A stretch of DNA of 64,000 nt from the human T2T-CHM13v2.0 reference genome, Homo sapiens: the NCBI RefSeq assembly GCF_009914755.1, contig NC_060947.1, one strand, 5' to 3'. Both the position numbers and the translations under genes were made by a program. Shown here one piece after another: positions 42,819 to 57,039 of the stretch (position 1 is the first letter of the stretch; each line of letters begins with the position of its first letter). The notes under the pieces are model-generated. The model was not told the DNA's origin. It saw nothing but the letters and a program-made list of their open reading frames with translations, and did not search any database.

Positions 42819-43166
42819 ACTGAATGTGGCCTGAAAGACCAGTGGCTCGCCAAGGGGGACACCACCGGAGGCTGGGGTGGGTGGTGCCCTTCCGACTTGG
42901 GGGGCATGTGGCGTGTGGCATCCTGCAATGTTTCAAGCATTTTCCCCTCAGTACTAAACATTGTCAGCTCCAATATATCTGTAGTGCAGTTTGCTCCAAG
43001 GAAAAATAGTGGGTGTTTCCGTGATCGTGTTTCATTTCCTCAGTTTCGTAAACGGTCATTTTTGTTAGTTATGTTTCTAGGCTATCTATATGGTGATATT
43101 ATTACTGCACTGATCTTTACCTTTTTCTGTCTCATTCTCCTGTGACTGGATGGTGGAATTTTCCAG

Positions 43167-43203
43167 AACTTCACTGTATGCCATACAGCAACAGAGAAAG
43201 TGA
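43167..43203 (+). CDS. H2BW1: H2B.W1 coding exon 2: (R)TSLYAIQQQRK*
   Basis: Acceptor ttttccag at 43166. The 425+37 nt CDS gives 153 aa (175 from 42255). Donor AAG|GTAACC at 43225. Confidence 0.92.
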
Positions 43204-44451
43204 ATACGCTGATACAAGAAGCAAGGTAACCCTCCTAAATGTTTTCAACACCGCTCCCATCACGAATCCATGTAAATAAGCAAATGAGGCCAAGTTACAG
43301 TGTACATACAGCTAAATAAAATTTTCAAGAATCCATTCATTTTCCAGCTTCCTCGACTCTGAGATCACTATTGCAGTTCATTCTTTTTTTGCCATGACGA
43401 TAATCTTTTCGTTTCTTTTTAAACAGAAACCTTCGTTACTTCCAGGTTTGTGTCAGTAGGCTTAGGGAGTGTCCACAGAAATGGCTCATGCCCTAGTGTT
43501 CAGTGGTGTAGCCAATGAGTGACTTGCAGTCTATGAGCAACAGTCATTGTCCCAATGTGGGGGCAGTGAACCAGGCTGAACCCACAACAGCCTTGCACTG
43601 ATATGCAGTCTGGTGTTTGGGGGGACAGGGTTGTGATTCTTTACCTGATGTTTTTGTTTTCAGTGTTTGTAATCATGGTCATTTAAGGATATGAATCCAG
43701 TGCTAGGAGTAGTATATGTTCCTTGCCCCTAGCATCAAGTTATGCAGAGGATGGTCAGCCTTTAGGAGAAGTCAGATAACGCTTATTTCCTCAAGAGATT
43801 TGCATATTAATATTCATGTTAATGTTAATATAGGTTAGCTTTCATTGTGCTTTCTTCTGGGTCCCAAGTCTTTGTATTTTTAGCACTTTTTCCTATGAGT
43901 GTATTGTTGAATTTCAGAGCAGCTGCTGACTTTCCCATTGCTTTTCTTTTCAGAGGATCTCCAGCCGCCCGAGTATGTGGACCAGAGAACATACTCTGGG
44001 ATTGCGACCCATAGGAATTTATTGTATTGTGCCTTGAAGCTCAATATGTGGCCATTTTTGTCAAATGTTTCCCGTGAATTTTGAAACATCTCATAAACAA
44101 CCTTTCTCCTTCATATGTAGAAACCAGTAAAGGGTGACACTCTCAGTCAAACCATGAAACAAAAGCTGGGAAAATGACAAAAATCAAAATTTTCTTGAGC
44201 CCATCAGAAGTGGGAAAGAACCACACCAGATGGCCCAACACATAGCCACATAGATTATTCCACCTTTGGCAGAGGACCGTTTGGTCAAGAGGGAAATGGG
44301 GGCATGGCAGGATAGTAGCCAGAGCTTCCCTGAGTAGTGCATTTGGGCAGCGTGGGCAGTTCACCTCCAGAGCTCCACTTGGGCTCCGTAGAGAAAGGAT
44401 GTAGGGCCAAGAAGTCCCCTCATTGGGATTTGCTACTTTCTGTTTTTGCAG

Positions 44452-44780
44452 AATATTAGAAAAATGTCATGAAAATAGTTGAAGAGAAATGCTCACTGCA
44501 CAAGGAGACCAAGAAAAACCCCCCACGAAATCAGCCACAACTAAATCGCTCTGGACGGTGCCGCCAGGTGACCCTACATGTCCGGAGCAACACTTTGAAA
44601 ACCAAAGACGCTTGGCAGAACCCTGTTCCTTTCCAGAGACAGAGCTGTGTACCTTGTCTAAAACACCGCATCTCACTCAGTGACTTATTTCTCATTATGC
44701 TAATTGTTTTCGCTTTAAAGCGCCAGTCTTTCTGTCAAATGGGACATACAAATAAATTTCTAAAATTATCCTTGCATGTC
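44452..44780 (+). other. H2BW1: H2BW1 predicted non-coding exon 3 with AATAAA (44751-44756)
   Basis: Acceptor tttctgtttttgcag at 44451 and poly(A) signal, conserved with H2BW2. The 3' end is approximate. Confidence 0.65.
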
Positions 44781-47700
44781 TACTGGGTAATTTGACATGT
44801 CTTTTTCAGAAACCGTATCCATTGGGATATTTTACCCTGGAGTGTGTGTTTTCCATTTGTAAATTCAGAAATGAATGAGGAGCATTAGTAAAACAGCGTT
44901 AACAATGAACTCTGATTGGGCTGTGGGGAGTGAAGAGTGAGAGTTCAAGGGGACTGATGCCGGTGAGTTATAGGAAGAAAGAGAAAAAGGCTGCTTTGAT
45001 GTGAAGATGGGCAGAGGAGCTCACACATCTGCTATAGCATTTCAGTGGGTGATTGAGGAGAAGGGGAACCTAGTGAGCAATCGTGATGTCAAGCTGTGGC
45101 TTACTGAAAACACAAAGTAAGGGAAATAGCTTTACGGCTTAAACAACAAATAAGAAGTATCAATGTATGGAAAGTAGGATGAATAGGACAAACATAGTCC
45201 AATCAATCTTTTCATCAGCATTCCCTGTACCATGGAGTTCATTCGTAAACATGAGCAAGGACCCAAAGACAGTACAGAGAAAATGATATAAAAAATTTTA
45301 AGGAACAATACCTATTCTAGGCTCCCTAGAAATGGAATCCCACTTGCTTAGATTTGTCTGATTCTGCTCTTCTTCAGACTAGAATCTTTTGTTTTTGGAG
45401 ACCTTTATGCCTGGCCTCTGTTCATCATGGGGATGATGGAATGCTGTCCGATGGAGCAGCACAAGCTCCACTCAGATCCTTGTCAGCCAGTGAGGCACCT
45501 GCAGCCGAGGAGCCACAGCCCAATGTGTGATGAGGTTTCCCGGTCTGAACTAGGAAGAGTTACTTGTCCAGGGATGTTCAATGGGAGTTGAAGGGGAAAC
45601 CTGTGATTACATGGGTGTGCTTCTTTGGTTCTTCGATGGGTTGTATGCTTTTAATGCTGCTGTTGGAGGTGTATTTTATTATATTAGTTTTCTAGGGCCG
45701 CTGCAAAAATATTCCAGAGACTGGCTGACTTAAACACTATGTATTTTTCATCCCACAGTTCTGGATACCTATTGTCACCTTTTTGTAAGGAGACCAATCC
45801 TGTTGGGTAGGGTCAACCCTCATAACTTCACTTTAACCACATGACCTGACTAGAGACTCTCTCCAAATAAGGTCACATTCTAAAACACTGGGGGCCAGGA
45901 CTTCTACCTCTGAATTGTAGGGAGACACAACTCCATCCATACTAGTACACCTTCTGCATCCACTCCGCGGCACAAATTAATGTCCTCACATAGGAAATAC
46001 ATTCATTTCATCACAACATCCCCAAAGACTTAACGCCCTCCAACGTCAATTCTCTAATATCTCACCTGATAATCTATATCTGGAATGGGTGAGCCTCCAG
46101 GTATGACTCATGCTGAGGCGGGAATTCTCTCCACCACTGCACCTGTGAAGCTAGACACGTTGTCTGCTTCTGAAAGACAGTTGTGGGACTGGTGCCGGAT
46201 AGGGCTTATCCTACCAAAAGCAGGAAATCTGAAAAACTACTGGAGTACGTGGGCTCTAAGCACTTTTGAAACCTAATGGGGGCAAATTCCGTTACATTCC
46301 AAGGATGGAAAAGATTCTGCCTGGGCTCACTGCTCTGTCCTTCAGGCCCAATGGGGTAACAGCTTCACACCCTAAGCCCTGGGCAGCGGGGTGGGGGCTC
46401 TCCCCCCAGCCTGGGCTGCTGCAGCCCATCCCTCTGAAACCGAGGAGGTGGGACAAATGCCTGGAACTCAGGAGGTGACCTCCATTTCTGGGACCAAGAG
46501 AGAGATGGCCCAGTCCCCTAGTACCGTGCCCCTGGTTCTTGGGGGCAGTGACGGCCATGCCAACCTCTGACCCAACTTTGGAGTCCTTCTTCCCTGTCTC
46601 GAAAATGAAGAAATGGTCACAGCTGGGTACCTCAGTCAGTCCCTTTCTTGCCGGTACAGTCCAGGAACTCTAACAGCCTCCTTTCATTTCGTCCCATCTT
46701 TGTCCCGTTCAGTCCAGTCTGGCAACATTTTTCTCGTATAAAATTCTCAAAAATTTGTTGGCTTCCCATGGAATTCACATGAGTCCAGGCCATCAGACAA
46801 GAAGTTGTCTACAGATCTTCCTTGAATACCCATATCTCCCATATCTCAATTCCTAACTTCTGCAGAGATGGTTGATTGGATCCGTGAGGCACATGCCTCT
46901 CCTCTTAGGCCAATGGTTTTCCAGGCACACCCTTGCACCTGTTTCCAGAGCAAGGTATCTGCATACTTTGAGTACCTTCTGAATCATCCAGTGCTGGCTT
47001 CCTTCTCCTCAGTGCTTCCTTGGCTAATTTCTCTCACTTCTCTCCCATTTACTGTAGGCATCTAGGAGTAACCAGATTAAATCTAAATACTTTTCTCAGT
47101 TTGTCAGTGTAGTGGCCAAGGTTCCCCCTGGTCTTCTTAAGTTTTGCTGAAAGCTCAAGTCACAAAACGCAGAGCCATAGGACATAAGGCATACCAACTT
47201 ATTCGAAGTGTATCCCCAGAGGCTTTAGTGTTAATAGCCAAAGATACATGGGAAATTATCCATTTTTATGCCTGGGCTCAAAGGAGTATAAACAGCTGTG
47301 TAGAAATACGATGGGACAAAAAGGCTATGATCTAATGCTAACAGGTGGAGTGGGGGAACCCAGCAAGGCCTGTCTGTCTAGACTCTGCTTGGCCTATCTG
47401 AGCACACAGTCCTTCCTCCCGGATATGGGGCAGGACCCTCTCTGGAATGGGGGTCTGGTGACTCCAAACAACATAGGTTCGATCATTTCTTCATGGACAG
47501 TTTTTACATGAAAATGTGGAAAACATTACAATACCGTTTCTAGGTTTTGTGACTATCTTTAGAAAAAAGAGCTTCTGGTTTCTAGGACCCACCTTCCGGA
47601 AGAGGGATTCTGGTCTCTAAGTTTAGCCCCCGGGGCTGAATGGGACTGAGAGACCAGAGGACCAAGAATGTCAGAGAAAATCGTTTTCATCTGAGACTAC

Positions 47701-48448
47701 TTCTGAAGCCCTCATTTTGGGATAGTGTGCCCTGAGCTCCAACACTAGAAATCAGCTACATGTGCAAGTTCATCACTTACAAATTCTACTTTCCTCAAAG
47801 ACACTATGAAGACAATACAGCCCAAACCTTTGCCACTGTAAAACTAGGATGGCCTTTCCTCGTGCTTCCAATAACCTCTTCCTAGTCTCCGTCTGAAAAC
47901 ACACCACAGGCACCTTTAACACACATAGTTCTAGCAACATTTTGGTGATCATGATATATGTATTCTCTAAGTCAGAGATCCTTTCTCTACAGCAAAGAAT
48001 TCTTTCTTAACCCTCGTTTCAATGTCATTTGGTGTTCATATCCCCCCCGCCGTTTCCTGAAGGCACTCTAGGCTTCTTGTGTCATGCCTGTCACAACGCT
48101 TCCAGCCTGTATGCATTACCTAGTTCCAAGGCCTCTTCCAATCTTCCGGATGTTCCTTATCACATCATCCCACTGCTTGGCAACAGAATCTCCAGTAGTT
48201 TGATAGGGCTATTCTGACAAAGTACCACAAACATGGCGGCATAAAAAGCAGAAATTTATTGGTTACATTTAGGCAGGCTGGAAGTCCAAATCAAAGCGCC
48301 AGCTGGGTTGGTTCCTTCTGAGTAGTAAGAGGGAAGGATCTCTTCCAGGGATCTTTCCTTGACTTGTAAATGGTCCACTCTTGCGCATGCCACTTCACAT
48401 TTTCTTCCCTGGATGCATGTCTCTGTGTCTGAATTTCCCCTTTTGGTA

Positions 48449-51400
48449 TGCCGCAGAGCAAGTGCTCAACCCTTCCGACTCTCAACTAGGGCGAGCTCTG
48501 CGTTCCACGCATTCTTCCACTCCTGTTCTGCGACCTCTCCAGTTCCAAACAAGCTGCGTTGTACTAGGAATCCTCTCTAAATCATATTCGTCATCTGGTT
48601 ATTCCTTATTTCTTCCTTCAGGAGCCCACTCTCTCTTGGGAGAGCTGCGGATCCTCGCTCAGCGTTGTGTGTCAGGGTTGCCAAAGACCTGATGTGTGAG
48701 GCTTCTTTGCCTTTTTCATAGGCAAGTGAGCACATAAGTTCTTGTCTAATAAATGTGGGGGCAGCTTTCAGAGTGAATGGGGCACTACGAATCATTGGGT
48801 GGGACAATAGGCAAAACCTGTACGTGTGGCCACCCCTCTGTGGAAAGATCTGGGGATAGAATAAGAACATCCATTGGGGTTTCGAACACAAAGTTTGGTG
48901 GGCAATGAGAGCGATTTACTTTTAATAGCATGTTTTTCATGATTTCTTCTCTTTGACATTCCTGTGCTTTTGTTTCCTGGAGACAACTGGTGTGGCTAGG
49001 CTGCATTAACATGGGAAAGAGACACAACACCATTAGAGCGTCTGTTTGGGTCTTAGGACTCATGTGAGCTAGTGGGACTGGACTCGACAGCAAGAGTCAT
49101 TGAGAGCATGGGATTGGGGGTGAGAGGAGACCTGGGCTCAGACCCCAGCTGTGCCTCTTAGAGGCTGTACCGTGTTGGGCAAGTGGCTTGACCTCTCTGA
49201 GCCTCAGTTTCCTCCTCTGTGGAATAGGGCTCTAGAAGGTGGTTGTGAAGATCCAGGGTGATGATGCAGACGGGGTGCCAGATACATAGTCAGCAACCAA
49301 TGAATGTCGGCTGTACCTGGTCCCAATTTCGAGATTCCTGCCCTCCGGAAATCACAGGTGGTGGGGGTGGGATCCAGTGCCAGACAGCTGTATGAGCACA
49401 CCCTCCTGGCTACCTGGGACACATCTGTTTGCTTCGGGCTGACAGTGAGATAAGGGAGGATGATTTTTCCCCCCTGAGCCACATGTTAGTGAAGCAGTAG
49501 AGATAACGCTGCTCTGAGTCCTGACGGGAAGTTGCTGGGGAGCAACTTTAAAGTGCTCCTGGCTTCGGGCACTAACCACTCGGGGCTTTGTGGCAAGCTA
49601 TTCCCCCTCACGGCCAAGGAACCTCGCTTCCCATACCACCTCCTTGCCCCTGCCCACCGTCTCACTATCTGAATCCTATTCACTTTTCAGGTCTTGGCTC
49701 AAATCCTGACTCCCCTATGAAGATGTCCTGACCCTCCCAGCCTAGAGAGACTGCTCCCTCCTTGAGTCACAGGATCTCCAACCGTGACATGGGCACACTG
49801 TTTGCAACATCCTCACAGACGGATTGTGATGAGGAAGGAAAGAGAGAGTCGATGTAGCGTGCTAGGTGCAGTGTCTGGTGCAGGCCTGTGGTGAGTTCCC
49901 TGACTCTTCTTCTTCCTCCCTTCTGAACCCACAGCATGCTGGCATGGCGGCCTTGATCACATGCTGCCTTCTCTTGATAGTCATTGGAGATCATGTCTGT
50001 GCTAGTTGTCCCCTCAGTTGCAATGTCACAGACCACGGGGGCCACATCTCATCCTTCCTCACCTTCCAGCATCCAGCACTACAATAAACGCCATCGTAAC
50101 CATTTTTCATTGGGCACCTTAGGGTACAATGTGGCAGGCACTCGGCTATGTAGGTAATGCACATAAGTGTAGTCCTCACTCATTCCCCTCCTAGCTCTCT
50201 TCCAGGATGTGCAGGCACTGATTCTCCTTTGAGTTATACCAGACAGATTTGGTCAACCGCTACCAAGGTCGCATCATGAGTAAGTGGCCCTGACAGGCAT
50301 CTAGTCCTATGCTAGATTAAGTTCTAGTGAATGCCTGTGAATGGGTGGTGGGCAGGAGGGAAAGATGTAGAGCCCAATATAGCAGTGCCTGCCTTGTACT
50401 TTTACCAGGCAGAGGCAGGCCTGCTTGAGAGAAAGCTGTAGGCAATAAAGACATAGGACTCAGTGGGTCCTCGAGCTCAGGTAAGGGGATATAGTCCCTC
50501 CAGGACAGGGGGAGAAATGGAGAGGGGATGGTTCAAGCTAAACCTCAAGGCAGCTGTCCCAGGGAATTCCACAGTGGCTCCAGGATCCCCCAAAATAGTA
50601 GCAGATGACCCACCCACTGGCCATCCTCAAGGTGAACTGTAGAACAAGCCCGGGTCAAGAAAGCCTCCTTGGAAAAGGTCTGTTAGCCTAGAAGATGTTG
50701 AATCCCTTGGGAGTCCACAATGGGCATTTCACTCCCACAGATCCTTGGGAGAGAACCAGGCCACAAGATCACCCGTGTGACCTATGATGCAATGAGGAGA
50801 CAGGCTCCACTGTGCTTAAGTGTCCCTTACAAGTAGAAGCCAGAGGAGCTGCACTCAGTGCTATTTATTCACCCGATGCCTAAGGTCATTGGGGAAGGTC
50901 CCAGACAGCTTGTACCAGCACGCCTGATGCCTTGGAGGGGCTGGCTGGAGGCCTGAGCTCAACCGGGCCTCTGCACCTCTCCAAGGCCCCTCAGAGCATA
51001 TCACTGTGGTGTCTCCAGCAGGAGAGGTGGACTTCTTAGGGGGCAGCTCAGAGCTCTCAGACAGCCAGACAGAGGCCACTCTAGTCCTCTGAAAGGTTAC
51101 CTCTGGGACAGGCTAAAGTCCGCCATTCTCCATGTGTCAAAGCCATCAACGGGCCTGTCGGGAGCCCAGAGGGAGGGGCAAGCAGACGCAACCAATGTGC
51201 CAATACGAAGAGCATTCAGGAATGGGCAGCCTTTCTGAGATGCAGCCTATTCAGCACACGCTTCTTGAGATGCTGCTGGGTGGCACACACAGAGCATGTG
51301 CATAAGAAGTGGTCCTTTAACTCTCTGGGTCGAAGGGGTAGGCTCTCAAATGGTTTTACACTGGACCTATCACTAGCAGGGTGACATCTCCCATTTAGTG

Positions 51401-52368
51401 GATCCTCCTTCTCCATGCCATAGTGATTGATTGCCCTTAAGTGACATGAAGTTTCTAACCATTATAGACACTCTTTCTCCCTTCTGTGGCCCTGGCCATA
51501 CATAAAAAGACACACAGAATAACAGTAAGAAGAATATGGGGAGTCAGTACTTCTTAATAGGAGGTTGACTAGAACCTGGTCTCAATATCTGATCCTCCAG
51601 ATTTGGGGCCCCCAAGTGTTCCCAATTCCCTCATCAACCTCTTCTTTCATGGCTCTCCAGAATCTGACACTCCAATGACAATCCGTCCCTCTCTATGGAG
51701 CCTACAACAGCACACATCTCAGCACGCATCTCAGAGGACAGGTTTCAGGCCACCGGAGGAATTTAGGAGTGAGAACTGCAGGAGCGATCTTATCCCTCGC
51801 TGTTTGAACAAGCACTGTGGGCCAATGGCCATGGCCCAGGAGCCGCAGGGCCTTCATGGACTGAGCCAGTGGAGAGTGGGGCTTGGACCCCTCTGACTGG
51901 ATGTTTCCATCATCCGAACGATGCGTTAGTTCCAAGTCATGAAGGTGGGTATTTCCAGAAATAAAACAATATAACCTGGAAAAGAACAGACAGAATCAGA
52001 TACATTAGAAGTAGTTGGAGTAATAACTTCAGTTTCCAAGGAGCTTGGAGAGGTATTGATTCTTGAACTTTATGATGTACTTATGTCATCAAAAACAAAT
52101 ACATTTTGTGGATGGGTGATACTAAGATATTTATTTATTCTTTTTATATAGTTTATATATATATATATATATGTTACATATATGTATTTTACATTATATA
52201 TCTTTTTTAGTTTTTTCTTATGACTGGGTCTCACTTTGTCACCCGGGCTGCAGAGCAATGACGCCATCTCGGCTCAGTGTAGACTGGACAATCTGGGTTC
52301 AAGCGATTCTCCCACCTCAGCCCCATAAGAAGCTGAGACTGCAGGCATGTGTCACTGCGCCTGGCTAA

Positions 52369-52417
<49 letters not shown>

Positions 52418-53549
52418 TTTTGTATTTTTGGTAGAGACGGGTTTCCCCATGTTGCCCTGGCTGATCTCGAATTCCTGAACTCAATTGATTCACCCTCCTT
52501 GGACTCCTGAAGCGGTAGGATTACAGGCACTGTGCCGGGCCCTAGATATTTAAATGATGTCCATAATATGGGTCCTGTTGTAAGAAACAACCTGGTTGGT
52601 TACGTCTGTCGTATTAATACATCTGTTTTCTAGGTTGACGGTTATACTTTGTCACAGAAGCAGTAAAACCATTTCCTTTTAGATTGTCCTTTCCGTAAAC
52701 CTCACCATCAGATCACGAAGCCTCCCTAGGCGTCCTTTTTCCTCCTGCATCCGCTGAAGTCAACAATCAGATGTCCTCAACTCCCCTTGGATCTTCCACA
52801 TCAAACCCCATTTCCCTCAACTCCTTCCTAAATTTCATTAGTGTCAGTCAGCTTTGAGCTTCCGGGCTTCAAGTCTACAGCCCGCTTCTGATGCATTTTT
52901 GAATGCTGTATGGACAAACACGGGCATTTTGAAGCAGTAGCAATGATTATGACAGAAATTAAGTGATTTGTAGAGAAATTATGGTTTTTTTTTCCCTCTG
53001 ATGTGCAGAGTTCTGTTTTGGAAAGTGTGCACATGCCCACAGAGATCCTTTGGTTTCCAATAGTTTAAGACAAATTCAAGGCACCACCCAGAGGGATTGA
53101 CTTGCAGTTGAATTGTGGTAGTTTCTCCTGGTCTGTTTAGGAAAAAAAAAAGTTTTTCCAAGTCGTTTCATGATACTTGCTTAATTTCCCAGAATAAAAA
53201 TAAGTAATGATTCTTCTGAGGTGGCTCTGTATCCTAAATCTTCACCCTCATGATATATGCAAATATATAATATATATAATAAAATTACTCAACATTCATG
53301 TAGACTTGTAAAAACATGGGGAGGGATCACCTTGTTTCCCTTCATCAGTCACCAGTGTTCTCTTAACATACTGGAAAAGGCAGGAGATATTCACACCTAC
53401 AACTCATGATTCCTATGTCCTATGCGTTCTGTGTGTCCCCTTTTGCCCCTGCCCCACCAAATACATGAATTGGTCTCCTAACCTCTCATCTCTCTTCCAC
53501 TTAAAGATTGTTTCTTTACCGGGGTACTCAAGTGAAATTACATTCATTA
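48449..53549. repeat. Copy 2 of direct duplication (partner 759-6332), including an H2B.W 3' relic at ~51700-53250
   Basis: Colinear match; begins exactly where inverted-repeat arm B ends. Confidence 0.95.
52201..52541 (-). mobile_element. Alu, duplicate of 4474-4798
   Basis: Nearly identical to the first copy apart from a longer (TG)n. Confidence 0.9.
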
Positions 53550-54294
53550 AGATGGTCTCTAACCCAAAAAGGCTATCCTGCATTGTGCCTATCTAAAGGG
53601 GAAATTCAGAAATGGAGACATACCTACAGGGAAGAAAATGTGAAGTGCCATAGGGAGAAGTGGGCCATCTACAAGCTAAGAAGAGATACCTGGAAGAGAT
53701 CTTTCCCTCTTTCTACTCAAAAGGAACCAACCCAGCTGACACTTTCATTTGGACTTCCGTCTTCCATAACTGTGAACAATAAATTCCTGCTGTTTAAGCC
53801 ACCAGGTGTTCGGTATATTTACAGGATAACAGACAAAACTAATAGGGATTCCATTGCCATGCAGTGGGGCGATTCAATAACCAACACCTGAAAGAGTGGA
53901 AGCGGCTTTGGAACTAGGTTAAGGATTGAGGATGGAAACGTTTTGATATGCATGACACAATGAACCTAGAGCGCCTTAAGGAGACAGCCTGGGGAAATAC
54001 GGAGGCCAAATGCATTTCAAATGAGGGTTTAGAAAGAATTATTTGCTGTAGAGAAAGGATCTCTGACTTAGAGAATATATATGTTATGATCATTGATATG
54101 TTGCTAGAACTATGAGTGTTAAAGGTGCTTGTGGTGAGTTATCAGACAGAAACGCAGAAGATGTTATTGGAAGCTTGAGGAAAAGTGATCCTGGATTTAC
54201 AGTGGCCAAGAATTGGCCTGTATTGTGTTCTCAATGTTTTTGAGGAAGGTAGAAACTGTAAGTGATGAACTTGCACATGCAGCTGACTTCTAGT

Positions 54295-57030
54295 GTTGGA
54301 GCTCAGAGCACCATACCCCAAAATGACGGCCTCAGAAGTAGTGTCAGATGTAACAGATTTTCTATGACTTTCTCAGTCCTCCTGTCTCTCAGTCCCATTC
54401 TGTCCCCAGAGCATACAGGCCAGAATCCCTCTTCACCAAGAAGCCCTTTTTTTCTAAAGATAGTCGCAAAACCTAAAAGTGGTATTCAATTTTTTTTCCA
54501 ACTTTTCTTGTGTAAAACTGGCCATATGGAGATAATCTGACCTACCTTGTTTGACTGCAGGTCACAAGACGGCCATTACAGAGAGGATCCTGCCCCATAC
54601 CCAGGAGAAAGACACGTGTGCTCAGAGAGGCCAAGCACAGTCTAGACAGACAGGCCCTGCCAGGTTTCCCCACTCAGCCTATTGGCATTAGATCATAGTC
54701 TTTTCGTCCCCTCATATTTCCACAGGGCTGCCTATACTTTGTTGAACCTGAGCATACAAACAGGCAATTTCCTCTGTATCTTTCTGACCTTATTCCAAAG
54801 GCTGCCATGTATATATGTTAAATTTGTATTCCTTTTCTCCTGTGAATCTGCCTTTCGCCAGTGGATTTCTCAGCAAACCTTCAGACAGTTTGGCATAGAG
54901 AGCAGGGTCACCAAAGCCAGTCTGCTCTTCTGGAACCTGCAGTTAAGGGAATGCAGGAAACTGGCAAACTGGCAAAGGGTGAGAATTTCTTACCAGTCAG
55001 GCTCCCAGGTTCTCTCTTGGTGCAACCCAGTTGGGCAGATGGTAGAAAACAAATCTCTCTGTTTGCCTTCTCTACAAGGTTTCATGCCTGGGAGGCAAAA
55101 ATCTGTGTGTGACAAGTCTGGATATACTGACTCTTGTATACTTTACACCACTTTGTGGTATGAACATTCATATTGTTTGATCTCTTTCCTGCCAGAAATG
55201 GTGCATTCCTTTGTCTTTGTCTTTCTGTGTTGTTCATAGAGAGGGTTACAGGGAGAAAGTTCACTCTCATCTTGATCTGTGTTCTTGAGAGCTTGATTTG
55301 TGAGCAAGAGGAAACACTCTCTCTTGCTCTCCACCATGCAGGGGAAGTGATTTTTGAGTCACAGCAGGCGTCTGGTGTAGGAAATCTCTTCGCTGGGAAG
55401 TGGAGAGATTTTGTTTTGTTCCGAGTGTGCCAAGCTCTCAGCAGGGTTTGTCACAAGAAGTCCCGTCCAGAAGGGGCTTTGTCATCTCTAACTTTATTGC
55501 CTAGGGCAGGGATCACCAACCCATAATCCAGGGAATGGTATAGGGCCTTGGTCTGTTAGGAACCAGACCATACAGCAGGAGGTGAGCACCAGCAAGCAAG
55601 GGAAGCTTCATCTGTGTTTACAACCACTACCCACTGCTGGAATTACCGCCTGAGCTCTACCTCCTGTCAGATCAGCAGCAGTAGTGTCTCATAAAAGCAT
55701 GAAGACTCTGGTGAACTGCACATAAGAGGGATCTTAGGTTGGGTGGCACACTCCTTATGGGAATCTAATGCCTGATGATATGTCACCCTTCCCCATCACC
55801 CCCAGGTGAGAACATCTAGTTGCAGTAAAACAAGCTCAGGCCTCCCACTGATTCTACATTATGATGAGTTGTATAATTACTTCATTATATATTACAATGT
55901 AATAATAATAGTAATAAAGTGCACAATAAATTTAATGGCCTTGAATCATCCCAAAACCATCCCCCAAATGCCCCAATGTCCATGGAAAAATTGTCTTCCA
56001 TGAAACCGGTCCCTGGTGCCAGGAAGGCTGGGGACCACTGGTCTAGCTAGCAAGTGCTGGCAAACTGCCGTCTCAGGAGTCATTTGCTGTCATAGGCTAT
56101 CTCTGAAAATGGGGAATCTTCGGGATTACTTCTTCTCTGAAGAGGCTACTGCATCCAGTCAGTATTGAAATTCAGTGCACTATTGAGAATCCTATTTGTC
56201 AATGGCCAAAAGATCGATCCTTTAAATTAGCCTCCTCAATTTTATTAAATTTTAGAGATTTCTTATTCTAACCAATTGATAGAAAGGTAAAGTCTATAAA
56301 AGGACACATAATGGTATGACCGCTATCCTTAAAACTTTCCTTGACAAAAAGAGAGCAAAAAGTCCAACCTAAAGAAAGTTAAACTCCTGTGTCTGCTCAA
56401 ACTGCCCCTGTGAGCATAACAACAAAGGCGTCTCCACCTTGTGGTCTTTTAATTCAAATTCTGTGCTTTCACCTCGATGCCATGGTTTGCATTCCTGGAC
56501 AGGAAACCAGCCCCTCTCGGTTTAATATTTGTGTGACTTTGGGGAAGTACCTATTTCATATTGATCTTTTTCCCTTCGTTGGATTGCTTTTGATTTCCTG
56601 TCTTTTTCCATCTGTGACAAGGGCACATGAGTCCCTTTGGTTATTGTGTGTAGATAGCTGAGAATCTAAGACCCTAGAAAATTTGATGAGACAAACATGT
56701 GGGCTGTATCCTGTTAATGCCTAGCAAAACTTCCTTTTCTCTTTGAGCTGTCTCTGGGGTTTGGGTCAGTTCTGGATCTTGTGAAACTAATTTCCCCTCT
56801 TTGGAGACACCTTCTGCATCATTGCTTAAGTCACAATCTTGGATAAACTTAACTGAAAAGATAACTTTATTTTACAGATAACAAAGCAAACAACAAAGGT
56901 CAAAAGCCAGAAATATCAGCTGTTTGCCCTGGTTAAAATCTAATGAGAAGAAATTTCAAAGGATTTTTAAAGAGCTCGATAGTGAAAAATCAACTCAATA
57001 TATGTTAATACTTATGATACACACACATGT
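54295..57030 (+). mobile_element. ERV1 MER4-group-like LTR (~54295-54886) plus 5' internal sequence
   Basis: LTR starts tgttggagctcaga..accccaaaatga.ggcctcagaag, followed by a tttggc PBS-like start. Subfamily not resolved. Confidence 0.6.
55507..56040 (+). mobile_element. MER1A (hAT-Charlie), full length
   Basis: TIRs cagggatcaccaac / gctggggaccactg, 534 bp; ctag-centred 8-bp flanks gcctaggg / gtctagct. Confidence 0.82.
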
Positions 57031-57039
57031 TGATTTGCT

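Larger units (their letters stand above)
42068..48451. repeat. Arm B of ~6.4-kb inverted repeat carrying H2BW1
   Basis: Reverse complement of 9790-16193. Confidence 0.95.

Noticed and set aside
42207-43145. 312-aa ORF as the H2BW1 product
   Set aside because: It starts at a non-ATG codon in the promoter and reads through intron 1; the spliced model reproduces the known C-terminus.
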